A stretch of DNA of 63,668 nt, the filler included, from Intoshia linei (lineage: Eukaryota; Animalia; Orthonectida), in NCBI GenBank assembly GCA_001642005.1. It is 5 parts of 5 records of this genome, joined end to end, with 100 filler letters (N's around TTAATTAATTAA, not from the genome) between each part and the next. Parts side by side here need not be neighbours in the genome. Positions count along the whole stretch, not along the records: positions 9,349 to 17,959 come from LWCA01001442.1; positions 18,060 to 31,016 come from LWCA01001045.1; 3 more parts are not named here. One strand, given 5' to 3'. Of this stretch, positions 14,201 to 27,793 are shown piece by piece. The notes below the pieces were generated by a model. That model was not told the origin of the DNA and did no database searches. It worked only from the letters and a program-made list of their open reading frames with translations. The translations under genes were made by a program, and so were the position numbers. The first letter of the stretch is position 1. Every line of letters begins with the position of its first letter.

Positions 14201-15937
14201 ATGCTGGAAAGATTTTATAATCTACTGCCAGAAGTAAAATCATTTCTAGACTCAAAAAATAAACATTTTGCAGAGTTTTCAGACGCAATCTGGCTGTCTG
14301 ATTTATCTTTTATGGTAGATATTACTAGTCATCTGAACTCTTTAAATTTAAAACTGCAGGGAAAGAATAAAATAATTACAGATTATTATAATATTGTGAA
14401 TGCATTCGAATGTAAACTGTTTTTGTGGATTAATAATTTTGAAAATAATATTCTTGAACATTTCCCAAATTTCAAAGAAACATCTTAAAATGAAAGTCCA
14501 TGTATATCAATATATATGCAAATTTTGAAAAACTTTTAAGAATTTTATCGCAGATTTTCAGATTTAAGAAGTAATAATTTTAAATTTTTAGGTACATCAA
14601 ATAGATTCTCGTTATTTACCAAACCGTTTTTTTAGAGCCTGATAATGTTTGTGTTGATTACCAATTAGAATTGATTGATTTTCAATCAAGTGAACTATTG
14701 AGAGACCGTTTTTATAATATGGAATGTACGGAGTTTTATAAAAATTACTTGCCAGTTGAATATGTAAAACTTAAAGAAAATGCTTTGTGAGTTTTATCAT
14801 TATTTGGAACAACTTACCCATGTGAACATTTATTTTTGTTGTTAAAAGTTATTAAGAGTGAAAAAAAAAGTTGCATCACTCACAAAAATCTTTCTAATTG
14901 TTTACAACTAAAATCAACGAATTATACAATTGAACAGTTACTTGATAGTTTAATATTATAAATTTGAATTTAATGTTTTATTTTTATATAAATTGTAAAC
15001 TCTAACATCATTTATTAGTATATTGCCTCAATTTAGTCTTTGTTGTATTTTAATACCTATAAAATGACATTCTATTCGTGTTAACTATCAACAGGAAGTT
15101 TGCGACTTTAATACATGAGAATTATATAATAAACTTTAATTGCACAAGTTCCTCATTTATCATTTTTTTAAAATTTAACTTGGCTAGCACTGATATATAC
15201 AATTTAAACAATGAATACATGACAAGATATGACTTTTAATTAAAACACCATTTATAATTTTATTAATCTAACTTTAAAAATGTTTTTGGGTGTAAAGTAG
15301 AATGAATTCAAATCTACGATTATAGAATAATCCGTATTGGGACAGATTTTTATAGACGTGTATTTTTTAATATATTATCGCTAATTAAAATCTGTACAAC
15401 TATGCTTGACAAGTTACAAATTTTTGTATATTAAAATTTTCAATTAGTTTATCAATAATGTCATTAAATCAACAGAATCTATTCCTTCACTGGAAGAATT
15501 TTTGTCAAAATATTCAACTTTATTGAACCATTTGGAGTCAAATGATGAAAAAATTTGTTTGTACTCAAAAATGAAACATTTAAAATTATTGTCATTGTGC
15601 AAAAAAAATAATAGCATTAGTTATGAATGTCTCATGGTGAATTTGAAAATTGAACAAGATGATTTGGAAGAATTTATCATGGACGGTATTTTATTTAATT
15701 CTTTTATATTAAAAAATATTTATCTGAATTTTAGCAATGGAGCGAGGTTTCATCCATGGGAAAATGAATCAATTGACTCAAAATTTAAACATAGAGTCGT
15801 ACAAAAGTTTTTATTTGGACTCTATGGATTTAAAAAACATGCAAAAAAATATTCAAGGATGGATTGATAATATGGACAGCCTAATTGTTTATTTTTCCAT
15901 GAGTGGAAAACGACTAGATTCACAAACTCAAAGTTAA
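11290..15937 (+). CDS. EIF3M: Eukaryotic translation initiation factor 3 subunit M (PCI domain), multi-exon
   Basis: Exon 1 at 11290-11340. Internal LETWVACTVISDEEKRNLINIVY resembles eIF3m VRKWISDWNLTTEKKHTLLRLLY. C-terminal PCI segment SKMKHLKLLSL..ISYECLMVNLKIEQDDLEEFIMD|AMERGFIHGKMNQ. Confidence 0.8.
12937..15192 (+). mobile_element. Near full-length hAT (Buster/SPIN, GTF2IRD2-like) transposon in an eIF3m intron, frameshifted
   Basis: TIRs CAGAGCTAGCCAA / TTGGCTAGCACTG; TSD gtatatac/atatatac; motifs LDET, TDGAAAM, HCYIHQQALC, RWLSKGRML, LFGTTYPCE across ORFs 13277-14488 and beyond. Confidence 0.9.
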
Positions 15938-16689
15938 TGTGAATCGTTTTTTGATAAATATGATAATTTCATTTTTTAGTTTTATATCCTTATTTTTATT
16001 TATGTTTGTAAATATAGTTAGTTCTGCATTATCTCAATATCCTATAATTCGAACATTGCGAATTTGAATAGTATAATTATTAGTTCCTATAAACACCAAT
16101 TAAAACTGAAATATTATTAATTAATTTAAAAAGTTATTCTTTATCTACAAAACAAATCTATTAAAAAATAAAATTATTAACGCCCTTGAAAACTAGAATC
16201 AGGCTACTTAAATATTTCCACATACCAAAGTTAAGACTGAAAAACGAAGAACCAACTAATATTAAAAATCTACTTATTTTCTGGTGTTGCGAAAGACAAA
16301 TTTTTAAAAAATAAAATGTTGCTGTTTTTTATTGCTATAAATTTTATTTTAATAATTCTCTGAAACATGAAATCCGTCTGTATATTCACAACTAGTTTAA
16401 CTATTATCAACGGCAGAGTTTTCCAATCATTTTTGGTTGACGACACATTTCAATCTCAAGAATTTTCGCAACACCAATAAAAAAACTATATATCAATAAA
16501 TCTGGTGAAACTAACTTTTTTCTAAAAATAAGATATGTAAATCTATTTTATAATAAAAATGAAATTATTACCCGGAGTTCTTTACATGCCTTAGCTTATA
16601 ATTTATGATACAAAATAATTGTTGACGCGAATGCTGACAGGAATATTATTTAGTTAATACTTGAAATCCTAACTTATATAAATGGTGCG

Positions 16690-17190
16690 TGATTTTTGTT
16701 TGTGTGTAGAAAAATAAATTTAAACCTCCCAAACTCACATCTTAAGAGTCAAAAAGCCCAATTGTTTTTTTTTGAAAATCAAACAAGTTGGAGAATTTAA
16801 AAAAAGATACACTCTGATACAGATTTTAAAATCATAAATTTAAATAAATTATATCTTTATGGCCAAATTCCTTTCGTTTTTTTTGAAATCAACTCTAGAA
16901 TTTCAAAAAATTTACAGATTGTACAGTTGTATTTTTTTAACACACACAGAAAATTTCAATTTAACTAAGTGACGACTTTACGGTCAAAAAAGCATAATAG
17001 TATTTATATATTTTTTTTTCGAAATATTTTATTAAAACAAAAAATGTGAAATATTTAACGGTCCGAAAATTAAAAAAAAGATTATTCTGATAGAGCTTAT
17101 TCCAGTTGGATATAAATGTAGACTACACAATTCCAATAAAGAAATATGGGTGAAAATCTATATAATTATTTTTTTCGTTGCTACGCAAAT
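16690..17190 (+). repeat. Dispersed repeat family copy (also ~42325-42700, ~54308-54782 inverted, ~56230-56657)
   Basis: Shared cccaaactcacatct..aaatcaaacaagttggagaattt..ctgatacggattttaaaatc. Confidence 0.8.
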
Positions 17191-18405
17191 TTTAATTTTC
17201 GAAACATTTCGAATATAATTTAAATTGAAACTAAAACAACTTTGTTAATATCATTTTTATATTTATTACAATCCTTTGATAATTTGGTAAAATTTGACTA
17301 AAATGTTTATAAAAAAAAATTCGGTTAATTATTGATACATAAATGGTATTTTTAAGTATTTATTAGATTAAAGGTACTGAATATATATTATCACTAGGGT
17401 GTAACACCCATCAAAGGATCAAGGGCAATTAGCACTAAAAGTGTGTATTTTTAAAATAGAAAAACTAATTCGCATTAAAAAATATTTAATGCTATCTATT
17501 CGGGTTGCGTTTGCCATTTTAAATATTATGAAGAAATTAAAACTGAACTATATTTTAACGAAAATCGGCGTTTGAGCTTTTAAACGTGGTACCGCCTTTA
17601 TAATACTGTTCTCCATGTTTAGTTATACCGTTTATTTTTTTAAATTTTTTCTAGCTCATTTTTTTTTGAATTTTATTAACGATTTAATTTCTCAAATTTT
17701 AGTTATGTATAATATAATAAATTCATTCAAATACAAGACATTCACGATCTTATTAATCATGTTTGCATTGAATATGGTCAATACAGAGATTCCATCATGT
17801 ACCAAAATTTATTAGATATTTGTTGTTAAAATAAATTTTAAGTCATTTTTAAGAAACAATAGTTAAATTAATCTTTCACAATATATTCGGGAAATTTTTT
17901 TTCATCATAAAATTCTTAATTGCACATTTTTCGATAATTATATTTAAATTTTATTCAATNNNNNNNNNNNNNNNNNNNNNNNNNNNNNNNNNNNNNNNNN
18001 NNNTTAATTAATTAANNNNNNNNNNNNNNNNNNNNNNNNNNNNNNNNNNNNNNNNNNNNAATCTTGTGGTAGATAATCGTACAAAGATTATTGAAGTTAT
18101 AGACTTCCCTCAAAAAAATTTTGATGATGCCATTATTTATTTCAATGGTTTTCCTGAAATTGAGAAATGCTCAATTGTCAGTGATAAATTGCGTATATAT
18201 TTTAAAACTCAGAATATGGCAAAAAAGTTGGCTCAAAGTGGTGTCAGATTTAAGGGAATTACATACAAATCGAAAAATAGTTTAGTTGCCAAAGACTATA
18301 AAAACTTGCTGTACATTTCAATATGCCATTTGATAAAATTTTTACTTCATTTGCGCATATTGTACATAATATTCATATAAATTTTAAAATTCAAAAAAAT
18401 ATAAA

Positions 18406-18606
18406 ATGTCGAATCAATCAGCTTTCACTGAACAGAAGCCCTTTAACTTTGAAGGTTGCAATATTTTATATGTCGGTGATTTGATTTTGGATGTGACAAA
18501 ATCTGATTTGGAATTGTTTAAACCGTATGGTAATTTGTCGTCTGTTAGATTAGTCAGTCATGCTGATGGTACTAGAAGTGGAAATTACGCTTATATAAAC
18601 TCATGA
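18406..18606 (+). pseudogene. Truncated RRM-domain fragment
   Basis: RNP2 ILYVGDL, then LFKPYGNLSSVRLV and RNP1-like SGNYAYIN followed by a stop; 18066-18380 upstream is also weakly RRM-like. Confidence 0.6.
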
Positions 18607-19838
18607 TTTTACATTTTTTATTCACAATTATATTGAAAAATATGGAATAAACTCTTATTTTGCATTGGAAGGCATCATGTATTGTTTTTTATTGCTATGT
18701 GCACTTATATGGACTGAAAACCCTACAAAAAGTGTTATTTTAAATAAAAAAAAATGAAGAAAAAGAAGACTTTAAAATGACTTTACCACTTGATGAGAAA
18801 AATGACACATCTAAACAACTACAATGGAAGATAACCGACTCGGCGTATTTCAAAATTTTTAGAAATCGGAAATATCTTATTTGGACTTTATCAATGGGAC
18901 TTGTATTTTTATCTTTTCCCATTCCATACACTTTCACGGTAAAATATTTATACCATTTAAGGCAGTCGTTAGTTTTAATGTTGATTCCTATATTTTTAGA
19001 TTAAATATGCCAAGTTAATGACTGCTAAAATCAAACCGGAACTATTATTAAGTACAATTGGATTAGGTTCAATTATTGGCAGAGCTGTTTTAGGATTTAT
19101 TTCAGATTTTAAAAATTTAAATAGATTAATTATGCAACAGATTACAATAGGTATATATTATATCTGTTTTATACTTTTCCCCATTTCAATTGAAACATAT
19201 TTCATTCTAATTAATTGTATCATAATTGAATTATGTGATGGATGTATAATTTTCCTTATATGTCAATATATAGTAGGTATGTTAAATTTCATTTCTGTCC
19301 TCAGATCTCAAATTATTAATATTTTCATATTATATATAACCTACATTGTATTATTTTTTATATATAGGGTTCTATATTACATCTTGTATGTGAGTATTAA
19401 TTTTCATTTAATCGATTGGGGAATTTTCGATCTCCACAGTCCTGTATAGGGAAAAAACTTTTGTAAGTGTAAGTGAAATAAAATATATTTACCCTCTGTA
19501 ATGCTAAAACTAGTAATAATTGAAATTAGATGAGAGTTAATATTTTTGAGTTGACAGAAGAAAAATGTACATTTAGTGTCATAGTTTATATCGGATAATA
19601 ATATGTGTTTAAAAATTAACATATGCTCAATTTAGGTCATATTCCTGCTGAACCAGCTTTAAGTTTTTGTATATCCTTTACTTCGATTCCAGTATTATTT
19701 GGACCGATAATTGCAGGTCTGATTATCGATAAAACCAACAATTACAGTACAATATATTATATAACATCGATATATCCATTTTTGGCGACAGGGCTGTCTT
19801 TTCTAATACATACGAAGATTTTTAAGTATAAAGTATGA
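18599..19838 (+). CDS. MFS monocarboxylate/aromatic amino acid transporter (SLC16A10/SLC16A2-like); 5'-truncated, frameshift in the A9 run at ~18750
   Basis: IGLGSIIGRAVLGFISD, LCDGCI, SIPVLFGPIIAGLIIDKTNNYSTIYY match the SLC16 C-terminal half; GT-AG introns. Confidence 0.75.
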
Positions 19839-20029
19839 CATTGAACATATTCACATACATGTATATAAAAATATTTAGAGAAAATATTCAAAAAATACTG
19901 ATAACAATAAAATACCACTAGTAATTCAAAATAAAAACTTCATATTGTAAACTTGTATAAATAAAATCTAAAAATGATACATTTGATAATAAAAATACAT
20001 ATTGTAAATCAGTGGTTCTCAACCTTTTA

Positions 20030-20240
20030 TACCTCGCGACCGCTTATGAACAACAATAATTTTCTTGTCCCTTTAACACTAGGAACTTTTTCTTTTATTT
20101 GTACCTGAAAACCAGATTTTGTCCCAAGCATAGCTGGTGCACCATCAGTACAAACATCGCATATATTGTTTCAAATTAAATTTCCTTCAATAAAAAAGTC
20201 ATCAATTTTTTTATAGATATTCATGTTTTTGTATTTGTAA
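20030..20240 (-). mobile_element. hAT (Buster/Charlie) remnant
   Basis: CAGTGGTTCTCAACC terminus; minus-strand VCTDGAPAMLGTKSGFQ. Confidence 0.65.
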
Positions 20241-20570
20241 AAAATTTATTGAGGTCCCAGAATAAATAATTATAATAACCGTTAAATTTTTTCGCAAATC
20301 ATGCACAATGCCATGTTATCCTATGTAATAATAAAGCTCCGGTATCCAGGGACACTGTTCACTTAATTATCAACCGATTGAAGTTGGTGGTCCAAATGTG
20401 GATATAAATGTACTACGTGTAATATTAAATATTTATTGAAATATTGTTTAATCAGACCGATAGCTTCGAACCATTACATCCTAAGTCACTTCTCATCCGT
20501 GAACGGGTTTAAACGTGACAATTTCAATTTACACAACAGTTATGATTAGTCATTCAAACATGCTTTTATT

Positions 20571-20729
20571 TAAAGTGGCCAGAAAAAAATACGTACTATC
20601 AACTTTAGTTTATTCGGTGTTAAATGTAAAACCAAAACTACTTATCTATGATGATGAATAAAAATTTTCGGCTTAAAATTTATTTCAAATAAACCAAAAG
20701 TGATAGTACGTATTTTTCTAGCCACTTTA
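20571..20729. mobile_element. ~160 bp MITE with ~35 bp TIRs (TA-flanked)
   Basis: taaagtggccagaaaaaaatacgtactatca ... tgatagtacgtatttttctagccacttta. Confidence 0.75.
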
Positions 20730-21097
20730 TTTTATTATGCTGTAAAGTCGCTAAGCAACATTAGAACAATTATCAAACTTTATTATAAATGATGCAAACT
20801 TCTTTAAGAGTATAATTAAAATGTTACGTAACCTAGTAATTATACTTTACGAATGGCTCTAGTTATGATATTGAAAATAAGCCCTCATTTTACAAAATTA
20901 TATGGTACATAATTTGTAGAACATATATTAAATTATTTATACACAATTTACACATTAAGAATAATTTTTAGTAACAATTGTAAATTTAAATTGTTGATAA
21001 TAAAATTGGAAATCATAAGTTACAAATAAATATTTTGATTTAAATGTAACTTTAATTTAATCGAATTAAATATTTCTGAATAATTATAACACCAATA

Positions 21098-23148
21098 ATG
21101 ACTCAAAAAGATGTTCAAGATATTTTATCCGTGGAGAAAAAAGTTGTAAAAAAAGTAAAGAATAAGGTTTGAGATTAACCTGATTGAAATAAATATTTTC
21201 TTAGGCTATACGTCACAAAAGACCAAAAGGCATGAGTAGGGACTTGTGGAATTTAGTTTCAAATAATAGATCGTATCATTTTATTGAATATAATTTGATT
21301 TATATAGAACTACTTTATCTTTGGCTCCATCTTTAAACAAAGACGAGTATTCTAAAAACAAGGCTACATTTAATAAAGGGAAAACTCGTAGATGGAAATG
21401 GATGTCCTTCATTAATTCAGCTAGAAAAGTTTTACTTTTTTTTTATTTGATCAATTGTATTAGGACAACCTTCAACTTAACCATTGGAGGCGTGCTAAAG
21501 ATTTTCAGATTGATGCAGAATACCAATTTTCTAGGTTTAATAAGGTAAATATTATTATATATGATGTTACCGTCAGGTGGCTGGAACGGATTTTAACGTG
21601 ACCAAATGGATTGTTTATTAAGTAGAAGATTTTGGGTCGCTAAAAGGAATAAATTGTTAAATTTCATTATTTTATTAAATTTTCAAAAATAGTAAAAATT
21701 ATACCCCTCAAATTAGTTTTTATAACCAAATAATTATATTTTCATAAAATTGTTAAAATACCCTCAAAAATGTATTATTTTCAATGAATTTGACAATTTT
21801 ATAGAAAATTATAATTTTTCTTAAATTTTCATAAATTTGTTAAAATACTTTCAAAAACACTACTTAATAAGAATTTAGCTAATTTTAAAAAATATATATT
21901 TTTACTAAATTTTCATACAAATCGTCCAAGAATGTTTTGTTTTCAATGGATGTGACAATTTTAAAGAAAATTATTCTAATAATAATATTTTTAATGTTTC
22001 CGAAACAGAACTTTTATCGTGTTCTATTACAAATATGTTTAGAAAATGTCGACATTGGATTATAATGACGTAGAATATGAAAAACTTCCAATAGACAAAT
22101 CTTGGACAAAGGAAGAAACTGATTATTTGTTTAAATTGTGCAAAAATTTTGATAATCGGTTTATTATTGTTCATGACCGATACAATAATGATTTGTATAA
22201 TACACGATCATTGGATGAATTGAAGGATAGATATTACAGTGTACTGGCAAGTGTAAAAAAGGTTTATATTAGGTATTTATTCTTACACGTTAATTATTAG
22301 ACGAGAAACGCGGAATGTGCAGTATACTCTTTTAATATTCAACATGAAGTTAAGAGAAGAGATCAACTGGAAAAATTGCAAAACAGATCAAAAAAAGAAG
22401 TATAGTGTACACTGAAACTTATTTTAACACAGATTAAGGTTGACGAAGAAAAAGAGCTATTGATTGAATTGAAACGTATTGATATTCGAAAAAAGGAACG
22501 TGAGCGAAAAGCAATGGATTTGCATAGATTAATGTCACTTCAAAAAGAAAATAAAGAAATGAAGGATAAAAAGATTACCAAAAATCAAACCCCTAACCAA
22601 ACATCAAACAAAGGACAATTTCACAAAGTTGTCGGTGTAACATCCACAATAAAGAAAAAATTGGACATGGGAGTAAGAACTTTATATAATTAATGTAATT
22701 TTGTTAAGATACCCGTAGAATCAGCAAATATTATCAAATTCCCAGAAATGAAAACAAACGGTGTGTCTCTGCGTAGTTCTCTGGTAATTTTATTATAACA
22801 TGTGTAACGGAAAATTTAGATGCGTATGCCGGCTAGCATAGGACAAAAGAAGATAAAAAGCATCAACACAGTCTTGTTGCAAATGGAAATATGTAATAAA
22901 CAAATTTAAAAAATTAATTAAAATTAGCTTTCCCCACTATCGCTGTAAAGGAAATTGTTAGTGAATATAATCAAATAAGACAAGAACTAATTCTCATTAA
23001 CGAACTACGCAATGCAGTAGCAACATGCGAATACGAACTAGAAATCCTAAAACACCAAGTCATGACATTAAATACCACCAAAGATGTAAGTTAAAAATTT
23101 GTCATGTACATTTCTTTTTAGGTCAATATTAATAACAAGGATACATAA
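21098..23148 (+). CDS. DMAP1: DNA methyltransferase 1-associated protein 1 (SWC4 homologue), multi-exon
   Basis: DVQDIL, KRPKGMSRDLWNL, RRWKWMSFINSARKD, SANT domain WTKEETDYLFKLCKNFDNRFIIVHDRY..LKDRYY, IKFPEMKTNGVSLRS. Confidence 0.93.
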
Positions 23149-23238
23149 CATAATTAAACTTGTAAATATGCATTATAATTATAAAATTGATATATTTACG
23201 AAAAGTATATATAATTGTACAACAATGAGATATTTAAT

Positions 23239-24328
23239 TTAGCCGTTAAATTGGCGTTGTAGTTGTAATACTTGACGTTTAAGGGTTAAATTCTCTCGCA
23301 TCAATCTCACATTATCTACACTAATATCGTTTAAACGGCGCTTGAGTCTGATTGATTCGAGTACAAGTTCGTTGCCGTACCGAGATTTTTCATTAACTTT
23401 TTTTTCGAGTATAGAGATTCTTTCAATTTTACGATCCCTGCACCTTCGCGCAGCAAGCCTGTTTCGAGCTCGTTTTTGGTCGAGTTTAGATTGGATGGTT
23501 TCCGTTTTTTTATTTCCATTTTTCGCATCTTTTTGTTTATCAAGCTCTGAGGTTTTTATATTTGAGCAATCTAGGGGTGAACTTTGAGGGTTTATTTTAT
23601 CAATAATGGAATTTTTGGGATTTGGAAGATTGCAATCATTTGGTATTATATCTAATTCACCACGATCCTTTGAATTGCACTTCAAAAGATCTTGCGATAA
23701 GTTAATGTCAAAAGAGTTGTTGAGAATGCTATTTAAGAAATATTTTTGTAAATCAAAATCTTCAGAGTGTAATACTTGTTCCATAATACTGTCAGTAATA
23801 GGGGTTAATTTGTTTATTGTTTCGTTATTTTGATGCACATTTATTTTTTTGGGCTGGTTGATGTTTTCTAATTTTACAGTAGCCTCAGGTAAAATTGAAT
23901 TGTCTTCAATTTTGGGAACGGACTCGGCGACCTGAAAAGACTTTGAATCTATTTTGTATTTATTGAAAGCACTGAGAATATAATTTTCCTTCTCATATTG
24001 GCACATGAGAGGTGTTAAAATAGTATTGAGAGTGGGTTCTTTGTAACTTTGTTTCAGAAATCTCTCCATTTCAGGTGATAACATACCAGCTTGAAGGTCT
24101 GGAGTGCGTAGTAATTCAGAAATCATTGGAGTTTTATTAATATTTTGACTAGTTGCTCCATTTTCTTCCAATTTTTGCAAATCTACTCCATTTGAGTCAA
24201 AATTTAAATTATTTAAATGTTTTACCTGTTGCATTTTCTTGGGCTTGGACAACATCAGAAGGGTTTTCACGTTTAAGAGATAGTTTCAGGTTGTGTTTGG
24301 CAATGAATCCGAGTTTGTTATATGTCAT
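23239..24328 (-). CDS. JUN: AP-1 transcription factor Jun; ATG at 24328, 43 bp intron 24225-24183
   Basis: Delta-like KHNLKLSL; LLRTPDL..LSPEMERFL (cf. c-Jun LLTSPDV..ASPELERLI); basic region KRARNRLAARRCRDRKIERISILEKKV plus zipper. The intron restores the frame to the upstream ATG. Confidence 0.88.
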
Positions 24329-25429
24329 AAACTAAACAATGTTAAATAATAAATGAAATTTTAAAACGCGTTTCAAAATATAAAGATTTGTGTTTCAAAT
24401 TTTATAATTACGCACATTCTGACGAATTTCACTATTGATAACTACACCAAAAATCCAAGTTTTAAAGACAGCCTTCGACCCATTTAACTAATATTAAAAA
24501 AAAATAGAACACTAATCTATCTAATTTTATATATAATTGTAACGTTATCCTACATACGCAAATTTAAATTTGGAGTTTTATAAGCTAAACTGTTCAACAT
24601 CTCTCATCAATAATTTCGAAAAGTAATGTGCGTACATATTTTTAAAAGTGTAGTATACCTTACAATTTAGTGAAATCACAAAGGTGTTTTTAATTTTGAC
24701 GATAATTAAAATGGACGAGGTAATTGTGTTTCAGTTTAACCCACCGAATCATTAGTATTTATTACAAAGTAAATAAACCACAATTATGATTGACAACACC
24801 TTAGTTTTGAACTAATGCATATTTATTTTTTTGTTCATTTGACAATTCAGTATATTCAGTCCAATCAATTATACATTTTACAATTATTACGTATTACATT
24901 TTTTCATCATGCTTAATTTGGATTACTGAAGAATTATAATGAGTTATATTTGATGTAAATTTATTTAAATTATTGGTCTAGTTTCAAATTGGCACAATCG
25001 CGTTTGTCGTGATTAAATTATTTACTTGAGTTTACTTCGCGTACGTTACGTTTGCACAAATTTCAGTTATTGATTTTCAATCATCCTATATTAACGTCAC
25101 CCTATATTCTACTTTTTTATTCTATATTTTAATACATGTACAAATTTAGTGTGATATTGTTATTACAAAGATTTGTGGAATATTTCGTATCACGTTTATT
25201 GATGTGAATCAAATTTCTTGAAATGTAATTATCAATTTAAAGCTGAAAATTTCATAAATCCACAATATGTAAAAATACATATGGTACAGCTGTTTTATTG
25301 GCAATCTGCCAAAATTTTCAATATACAGTCAGACCTCTCAATACCGCAATTTTGGTTTTTCGATATTTATTATTTATTAATTTCACTCTTCATTCCAACA
25401 GGTTCTCTGTAGACATTTTTATAGGTAAA

Positions 25430-25800
25430 TAGCTTCATATTTAGGTAATTGCTAAAAGTTGAACTTGATAGTGTATTCCAAAGTTCATTATTACCTTTTC
25501 ACAAATCTTTTTGAGTGTGATCTGGGGATCGTATTCGACCCAGGAAACTATCTCTTCTATTTGGCTGTTAGAGAGGCTTTTCATTTTATAGCCGCCTATT
25601 TTCTTCTCAGGTAAACTTCCATTTACAAGCCAACCATAGGCAGTTCTATGATTAATATTTAAAATAACTGCAACAAGCATCCAGTTTTATCCAGTGGTTA
25701 ATGTACCCAAAATTCTCTTTTTATTTTCATTAGACACTTTTTTATATTTTCCTCTTCTTAGAGAGTTTTCATTGTTTAGATTTTGAGACATATTTAATAA
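25430..25800 (-). mobile_element. IS630/Tc1-type transposase N-terminal HTH fragment
   Basis: LNINHRTAYGW..GG..LS..IVSWVEYDPQITLKKI; in-frame stop upstream. Confidence 0.6.
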
Positions 25801-26139
25801 AGTTCAACTGATCTTATTTAAATAATTCCCTCCATTTTGCTAATTAAAAAAAATTTTGTAGGATTTGAAATTAAAATGGAAATGGTGTAGACATCTACAA
25901 TACTGTTTTTATGTTAAAAATATTAATATGGAACGCCCGCCCTAAATGGTTAGTGGATATATACTATTGGAATCTGATTTAAATTGAAAATTAACAAATT
26001 AATATACAGTAATTTAGTTCAAAATATTGAATTAAAATTAAAAGTGTCAATGTTAATCATAATTAGTTGTTAATACAATTAATCTTAATTTGTATAAATA
26101 ATCTCTATAATCTATTTGAATGCACTAAATTGGATCAAG

Positions 26140-27656
26140 TAGGGCATTATATGAGAATATAAAATTGATAGAAGTACAAAGAAAAGGAATTGGATCGATA
26201 GGTAGCTCTTCCAATAAACCTCATTTGTATAAAAGACCCCTTAAATTTAATAAAACAAAGGAACAGCTAAGCCAACAAAATATTTATTTCGAAGGACCAA
26301 GTGGAAGCTATGATAGAAATGACTATATATATTATGATAGAATGGTTAGAAATTACTTATTTGAAATATCTCATACAAATGATTTAAGCCAATGGGCCAT
26401 TCTAAAATAGTTTCTAATAGAGCAGTTGGTTCTTTTATGAAGTTATTCTATGAAACCATGCGTTGTCGAAGAAAAATACAACGAGAAAGAGATTTTGCTA
26501 AATTACGTTTAATCGTTGCCGATATTCAATCTGTTAACGTTTATTTTAACGATAGAAAATTCGATAAAGACAGATTAGCCGTCGTTATAGTGGATATAGA
26601 CTCTGGACTATAAGTTGCATTGGTTGATGTTGAACAACCAAACGGAAAAGGTATCACGATTGCCAATTCTGTTAGTGTTGTTTTAAATGATTGTGGTTTA
26701 ATAAAACGAGTGGTGAGTTTATCATATGATACGACAGCAGCCAACACTGGAAGGATGAGGGGAAGTCTAAATTACTTACAAAAAATATTTCCTCAAAATC
26801 TAATCTTACCTCCCTGTCGACATCATATTTTTGAGCTGATAATGAAATCTGTGTTTATAGAATTGTTCGGGAATCATCTACACCACACGTACCCGGCTAT
26901 GATTTTATGAAAAATGTGAATAATGTCTACCTTAAATTTAGGGATATATAATGATTCTCATGATTTGACTCCCATTGAATCTTTTAGTTTAAACATGGAT
27001 TACGCTAAATCGGTCATTTGTCGAAAACAGTGTCTTCGAGATGATTATAAAGAGTGTTGTAGTTTAATATTACGAATTATGTTTCGTGGTCAATTGACTT
27101 TGAAAAAACCGGATCTGTGTCAAAGGCAAGATGGATGTTTCATATATTATATTGTGATAAATCATATATATTGGAATTTAATCAAACTGATGAGGTAAAA
27201 TGTTTCCATTTATGACTTTCAATGGTTATTTACCGTTATAGTTGAAGGCCGCTGATACACAAAAGGCTAGAATAAATGACATGTCCATGATTTTTGCCTG
27301 GGAATCAACGTCAACAATTAATCCAATATTTACAAGAATATACAACTGTGATAAACTCAAATTGACCCTTTACACTGATTACTTCATCAAGGATGTGAAA
27401 TGCGTGAAAAATGCTCTTTCTGTCAATGATCCAGCTTAATGAGCATTAATGAAATACAAAAAAAGCCATTAAAATTTCAAAAATCGAAGAGGATGTTTAA
27501 AAAATTTATCGTAAAAGTTTGATTGCTTCCTGCATGGTAAATTCTCATCTATTTTCTGAATAAATTTAGGATACTAATTATTTGATTCATAAGAATAGAA
27601 TTATCCCTGAGCACCACCGCAAAACTCAAATTTTTAAAAAAATGTGACATCCTACT
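26140..27656 (+). mobile_element. Decayed hAT-related (hATm-like) transposase
   Basis: DRLAV, SYDTTAANTG, CRHHIFEL (CxxH), RDDYKE, SVND motifs with stops and frameshifts; boundaries approximate. Confidence 0.65.
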
Positions 27657-27793
27657 GTACAGTGTACACAAAATTTATTATAAATATAGTAATAAAGTAC
27701 ATTTTAATTTTTGTAATTTTTTGACTTTTGCTATCAAATTAAAATCTTGGATTAATTATGAAATTAGATAAAAAAATGATTAAATAATTTGAA

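Noticed and set aside
21640-21990. Periodic ~85 bp degenerate repeats in a DMAP1 intron; short cagtat/actgac repeats at ~43200-43900; duplicated unit at ~31185-31445
   Set aside because: Degenerate TE-internal or minisatellite repeats with no identical repeat/unique spacer structure; not CRISPR-like.
23331-23833. Overlapping and antisense ORFs on JUN; also 776-988, 1332-1586, 36143-36334, 49321-49515
   Set aside because: Shadows of real exons with no independent motifs.
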